Positions 59,912-64,000 of a stretch of 64,000 nt of DNA are shown one piece after another. Below the pieces are notes generated by a model. That model saw only the letters and a list, made by a program, of their open reading frames with translations. It searched no databases and was not told the DNA's origin. A program made the translations under genes and the position numbers. Position 1 is the first letter of the stretch; each line of letters starts with the position of its first letter. The DNA is taken from positions 32,001 to 96,000 of the forward strand of contig DASSXV010000010.1 in assembly GCA_035703635.1 (NCBI GenBank), read 5' to 3'. Source of the stretch: Trueperaceae bacterium (GTDB taxonomy: Bacteria > Deinococcota > Deinococci > Deinococcales > Trueperaceae).

Positions 59912-61330
59912 ATGCCGCGAGTCATCCTTAGCCGTAAAGACCCTCAACCAGTGAAGATCACCCCAGCCCGCGTGCGCGCGGTCGCCGCAGCGTCGCCAGC
60001 GGCCAAAGCGGGGGTGGCCGCCGGCTGGGAGCTGCTGACGGTGAACGGCCAGGCCATCCCTGACGTGTTGGCCTACCGCCGGGAACTCGAGGCGGGGAAC
60101 GCCGAACTAGTGGTGCGTGAACCTACGAGCGGCCTGGAAGCCACGTTCGCGGTTGGTTGGGACGAGCCTGGCCTCGAGTTCGACGACGTCATCTTCGACG
60201 GCATCAGGTTGTGCGCCAACCACTGCGACTTCTGCTACATCCACCAGATGCCGAAAGGCATGCGCAAGAGCCTCTACATCATGGACGACGACTTCCGCAC
60301 GTCGTTTCTCTATGGTTCGTTCGTCACCCTCACGAACTTGCGTGAGGAGGACTTGCAGCGCATCCTCGACGAGAACCTGAGCCCGCTCTACGTGAGCGTG
60401 CATACCGCCAACGAAGAGAAGCGCGCGGAGCTAATGAACTGGTGGCCGAACAAGGTCCCACTCGCTGAGGCGGTGAGCGTGCGCGGCATGATCGAGCGCC
60501 TCGCTAGCATCGAGCTCTACACGCAGATGGTGCTGTTGCCAGGCCGCAACGATGGCGACGACCTCGACGAGACCCTAGCGTACTTGGCATCTAGACCGAA
60601 CGTTCTTGCCGCAGCCGCCGTACCTGTAGGCCTCACGGGCAACCGCGGTCACCTCACCAACCTAGAGCCGTACACCCGCGAGGAAGCAGCCGACGTCCTC
60701 ATGCGCATCCACCGCTTCCAGCGGCGCATGCTGGCGGAGCGCGGCACGCGCTTCGTGTTCGCGTCTGACGAGTTCTACATCCGCGCGGAGCTGCCGCTGC
60801 CGGAAGACGAGGCCTACGAGGGTTACTCGATGATCGAGAACGGTGTAGGCATGGTGCGTGACTTCCTGTCGGCCGGCCTGCCCGAGGCGCTGCCGGCCAA
60901 GCTAGAGCGGCCACGCAAGGTGCTGATCGCGACCGGCAGACTCTTCGCTCCTGTTCTGCGCGAAGCGCTCAGCCCCTTGGCGACGATCGCAGGCCTCGAC
61001 CTCGAGGTGCGCGCCATCACCAACTGCACGTTCGGTGAGGTAACCACGGTGGCTGGCCTACTCGCTGGCCGCGACCTGCTAGCCGGCGTGCGGCCGGGCG
61101 AGGCTGACTTGCTTCTCCTGTCGCCCAACATGTTCAAGTACGGCACCGAGATAATGCTCGACGACCGCACGCGCTCGGACGTTCAAGAAGAGCTGCGCAT
61201 GCGGATAGCCGTTGGCGGCACGAACTTGGCGGAGCTCGCAGATACCATCCTGTCAGGCGAGGTCCACGACCACCTCCCGAGCTTCGGGTTCTCCACGCAC
61301 GCCATCAAGGAAGCCGCCAAGCAGCACTAG
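59912..61330 (+). CDS. DUF512 radical-SAM-like Fe-S protein with N-terminal PDZ
   Basis: PDZ (SPA.KAG), CANHCDFC, Q.PKGMR.SLY..DDD.R.SFL.G, VPVGLT, SDEFY, ENGVG, VAGLL.G.D. Confidence 0.87.
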   Translation: MPRVILSRKDPQPVKITPARVRAVAAASPAAKAGVAAGWELLTVNGQAIPDVLAYRRELEAGNAELVVREPTSGLEATFAVGWDEPGLEFDDVIFDGIRLCANHCDFCYIHQMPKGMRKSLYIMDDDFRTSFLYGSFVTLTNLREEDLQRILDENLSPLYVSVHTANEEKRAELMNWWPNKVPLAEAVSVRGMIERLASIELYTQMVLLPGRNDGDDLDETLAYLASRPNVLAAAAVPVGLTGNRGHLTNLEPYTREEAADVLMRIHRFQRRMLAERGTRFVFASDEFYIRAELPLPEDEAYEGYSMIENGVGMVRDFLSAGLPEALPAKLERPRKVLIATGRLFAPVLREALSPLATIAGLDLEVRAITNCTFGEVTTVAGLLAGRDLLAGVRPGEADLLLLSPNMFKYGTEIMLDDRTRSDVQEELRMRIAVGGTNLAELADTILSGEVHDHLPSFGFSTHAIKEAAKQH

Positions 61331-61351
61331 CTGCGGCGGTACGTTCAGCCG

Positions 61352-62218
61352 ATGTCCACGGAGACCTTGCGACCCCGCCCGAGTCTTGGCACGCTGCTAG
61401 CGTTCGTGAAGTTCGAGCACACGCTCTTCGCGTTGCCGTTCGCCTATGGCGGCATGCTCCTCGCCGCTGGCGGCTGGCCAGGCTGGCGCACCTTCTTGCT
61501 AGTAACGCTCGCCATGCTCGGCGCGCGCACGGCCGCGATGGCCGCCAACCGCGTCATCGACGCACGCATCGACGCCCTCAACCCGCGAACCACGGAGCGT
61601 GAGATCCCGAGCGGCAAGCTAACGGCGGGCCAAGGCTGGCTCGTGATGGGCGTCAGCCTCGTGGTCCTTGCCGTGGCAGCCGGACTGCTCAACGCCCTCA
61701 CTCTCGCCCTGTTGCCCGTGGCGGTCGTGTTCCTCATCGTCTACCCGTACACGAAGCGGTTCACATGGGCATGCCACCTGTGGCTCGGCACTACGATCGG
61801 CGCAGCCGCCGCCGGCGGTTACATCGCAGTCAGCGGGCAGTTCGGGCTGGCGGCTTGGCTGCTGTGGCTCGGGGTCGGCGCCTGGATTGCCGGGTTCGAC
61901 ATCGTGTACGCCGTCCTCGACCGCGACTTCGACCTCGAACATGGCGTGCACAGCATCCCAGCGCGCTTCGGGGTACCGACCGCGTTGGCCTTCGCGGCCT
62001 CATTGCACGTCGTCACCGTCGCCGCTTTCGCCGCCCTGCCGTTCGTTACTGCGCTCGGCTTGTGGTACTGGGTGGCGACCGGGGTGACGGCAGCGCTCCT
62101 CGCCGCCGAACACCTGGCGCTGAGGCGCTACGACGCAGGCACGGTCCTCGCCGCGTTCAACCTCAACATGGTCGTCGGGCCCATCATGCTCCTCGGCATC
62201 GTGCTCGGCCTCCTGTGA
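61352..62218 (+). CDS. mqnP: UbiA-like polyprenyltransferase (MqnP-type)
   Basis: VKFEHTLFALPFA, ARTAAM..NR..D..ID..NPRT..RE.P.G, YPYTKR, W.AGFDI.YA..D..FD. Confidence 0.8.
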   Translation: MSTETLRPRPSLGTLLAFVKFEHTLFALPFAYGGMLLAAGGWPGWRTFLLVTLAMLGARTAAMAANRVIDARIDALNPRTTEREIPSGKLTAGQGWLVMGVSLVVLAVAAGLLNALTLALLPVAVVFLIVYPYTKRFTWACHLWLGTTIGAAAAGGYIAVSGQFGLAAWLLWLGVGAWIAGFDIVYAVLDRDFDLEHGVHSIPARFGVPTALAFAASLHVVTVAAFAALPFVTALGLWYWVATGVTAALLAAEHLALRRYDAGTVLAAFNLNMVVGPIMLLGIVLGLL

Positions 62219-62240
62219 ACCCCGCGGACCGCGAGGCAGC

Positions 62241-63278
62241 GTGAAACGGCTGCTGCGGCGCCTGCTCGGCATAGGCCTAGTCGCAGTCGCGCTCGCCCTA
62301 GTTGGCGCGAAGGTGTGGCTCGACATGGACGGCCCATATCTCGAGGCCCTGCCGCTCTACCCTTACTGCGCCAACGCCCGAAGCGCGCTCGCCGCCGGAG
62401 ACGCGCAGGGTGCCATCATGCTCGCCGAGGCGGGTGACTGCCAACTAGAACTGATGCAGGCCAGGCGCGAGTGGGACGCGCTCGGCGCCCGCGCATGGCG
62501 CTGCCTAACCGGCGTGTGGACGGGCAGGGGCGCTGACGCATTCGGCGTAGGTTGCGCCATCGCCAGCGATGTCGTCGTGCTCGGCGACGTGCGCGACCTC
62601 ACGCGCCAGGGGGTCGCCTGGTTACGGGGCGAGGAGACCGACGAAGTCCTAGCCGCGTTGTCAGCGGCCGGGATCGCCTTGACCTTCACGCCGCAAGTCG
62701 ACGCGGGCGTGGCGCTGCTCAAGGCCGCCCGCCGAGCCGGCGCCATGAGCGAGCGCCTCGCGAAGAACCTCGTGAAGCTCATACGCGAGAGGGCGTGGCG
62801 ACCACTAGCTGGGATGTTGACGGACGCGGGGCGCGTGAGCCTCAAAGTGGGGCCGCCTCAAGCCGCTAGGGCGATGGCGTACGCTGACGACGCTGCCGAG
62901 TTGGCTACCATCGCGACCTTCGTCGAGCGGATGCCGCGGCCGCTGCTCGGCTTGAAGTGGGGCGGGAAGGGCGCCGCGCGCTTGAGCGATCCGGACCTCT
63001 ACGCCGCTGGCCTGTTACGCGGTCCGAGCGGCATGCAGTTGGTCATGGACCGGGGCGCCAAGGCGCTCTTGACCCGCCAGCCGTTGCTTGTGGCCGCCGC
63101 CAAGTCACTATGGAAGAACCCGGCCGCGCTCGCCGCGCTGGTCGCGTTCATCTTGCGGTGGTTGACCTGGCCATGGGTGGCCGCCGTGGCCGGCGTGCTC
63201 GCGCTCTTCGGGCTTATCTACTTGCGCTCGGGCAGACGGCGTGGCAGCAGGGGGAGGAACGCTGCGGCCTCGACTTGA
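62241..63278 (+). CDS. Hypothetical membrane-anchored protein
   Basis: N-terminal TM, four Cys, GDVRDL motif, C-terminal TM hairpin; coding-like GC3. Confidence 0.75.
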   Translation: MKRLLRRLLGIGLVAVALALVGAKVWLDMDGPYLEALPLYPYCANARSALAAGDAQGAIMLAEAGDCQLELMQARREWDALGARAWRCLTGVWTGRGADAFGVGCAIASDVVVLGDVRDLTRQGVAWLRGEETDEVLAALSAAGIALTFTPQVDAGVALLKAARRAGAMSERLAKNLVKLIRERAWRPLAGMLTDAGRVSLKVGPPQAARAMAYADDAAELATIATFVERMPRPLLGLKWGGKGAARLSDPDLYAAGLLRGPSGMQLVMDRGAKALLTRQPLLVAAAKSLWKNPAALAALVAFILRWLTWPWVAAVAGVLALFGLIYLRSGRRRGSRGRNAAAST

Positions 63279-63314
63279 CCAGCTTGCGCGCCTCACGTAC
63301 ACTCACCTTCGCGT

Positions 63315-63390
63315 GGAGCCGTAGTGTAGCGGTTAGCATATCTGCCTGTCACGCAGAAGGTCGCGGGTTCAAATCCCGTCGGCTCCGCCA
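63315..63390 (+). tRNA. tRNA-Asp (GTC)
   Basis: GGAGCCG/CGGCTCC acceptor stem, anticodon loop CTGTCAC, GGTTCAAATCC T-arm, encoded CCA. Confidence 0.97.
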
Positions 63391-63394
63391 CCAG

Positions 63395-63427
63395 AGAACC
63401 CGGAACGTGTCATGCGTTCCGGGTTCT
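63395..63427 (+). terminator. Hairpin after tRNA-Asp
   Basis: AGAACCCGGAACG/CGTTCCGGGTTCT, 13-bp perfect stem. Confidence 0.7.
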
Positions 63428-63585
63428 GCTCGTCTGGCGCGGTGGCGGCGCACAGATAGCCCCAGTTGGGCAGCCGTAGGCAAGCTTGGCTCTTGCCTAG
63501 GCTGACTAGGCAAGCGTTGCCGAAGCGTTAACTCCTTGCACTATGCGCGTCACTACCTGACGCGGCCACCTGGTACCGTTTAGCT

Positions 63586-64000
63586 ATGAACAGACTGCCC
63601 ATCTTCCCCCTCGACGTGGTGGTCTTCCCGGGCATGACCGTGCCGTTGACCGCTCACGAGGAACGCTACAAGCGCCTGGTCCGTGAGGTGCTCGCCCAAG
63701 AGGACGAGCCGAAGCGTTTCATCATCGCCTACTCGGATGAACGTCCTGCCATCAGTGACACCGGCCCAAGGGTCGCGCGCTACGGCACCGTAGTACACGT
63801 GCTCTCCGCAGAGGAGAACCCCGACGGCACCTTCGACCTCCTCGTGCATGGCCAGGAGCGCACGCTCGTCGAGGTCGTCTCCGTGGTCGAGGTCGACGAG
63901 CGCGGCGGCTCGAGCAGGCCCCTTAGCTACGCTGTAGAACAGCCAGCCCCGCTGGACCGCGGCGACCCTAACGAAGAGGCCATCGCGGCATGGGACGCCC
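63586..64000 (+). CDS. LON peptidase substrate-binding (N-terminal) domain protein, truncated at the window edge
   Basis: MNRLPIFPLDVVVFPG...L...E.RY..LV...YGT...NPDG.F.L...G.ER; TACCGT-N6-ATG. Confidence 0.85.
   Translation, partial: MNRLPIFPLDVVVFPGMTVPLTAHEERYKRLVREVLAQEDEPKRFIIAYSDERPAISDTGPRVARYGTVVHVLSAEENPDGTFDLLVHGQERTLVEVVSVVEVDERGGSSRPLSYAVEQPAPLDRGDPNEEAIAAWDA

Noticed and set aside
63315-63430. tRNA-Asp as the attachment site of an integrated element
   Set aside because: No integrase, no duplicated tRNA 3' end and no compositional shift visible in the window

Overview
This is a GC-rich, very compact chromosomal window of housekeeping genes. The gene repertoire (short GidA-like protein, futalosine-pathway mqnD/mqnP, cdaAR, and many leaderless-type TANNNT promoters) points to Deinococcota, probably Truepera-like; this placement is an inference. 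It holds about 63 CDSs and one tRNA-Asp. The CDSs include trpS, folC, plsY, recO, topA, recR, ybaB, dnaX, dgt, hisN, ispG, pyrD, scpA, typA, menG, mqnD, infC-rpmI-rplT, hisD, rseP, dxr, der, fmt, def, cdaRA, prfB and a B12 acyl-CoA mutase pair. I saw no mobile element, prophage or CRISPR array. The most notable observations are: (1) TopA carries a C-terminal sigma70-region-4-like helix-turn-helix after a Lys/Ala-rich linker; (2) dnaX makes the short product in frame 0, and a 221-codon start-less extension is reachable only by a -1 shift at A7, followed by a 9-bp hairpin; (3) the apparent methylmalonyl-CoA mutase has the Phe/Gln specificity residues of isobutyryl-CoA mutase; (4) an attenuator-like leader with a uORF precedes a zinc-ribbon gene; (5) two divergent gene pairs share a symmetric TANNNTA element in 22-bp gaps. 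The known prfB +1 frameshift and infC AUU start are also present. All functional calls come from motif recognition by eye, with no database search.
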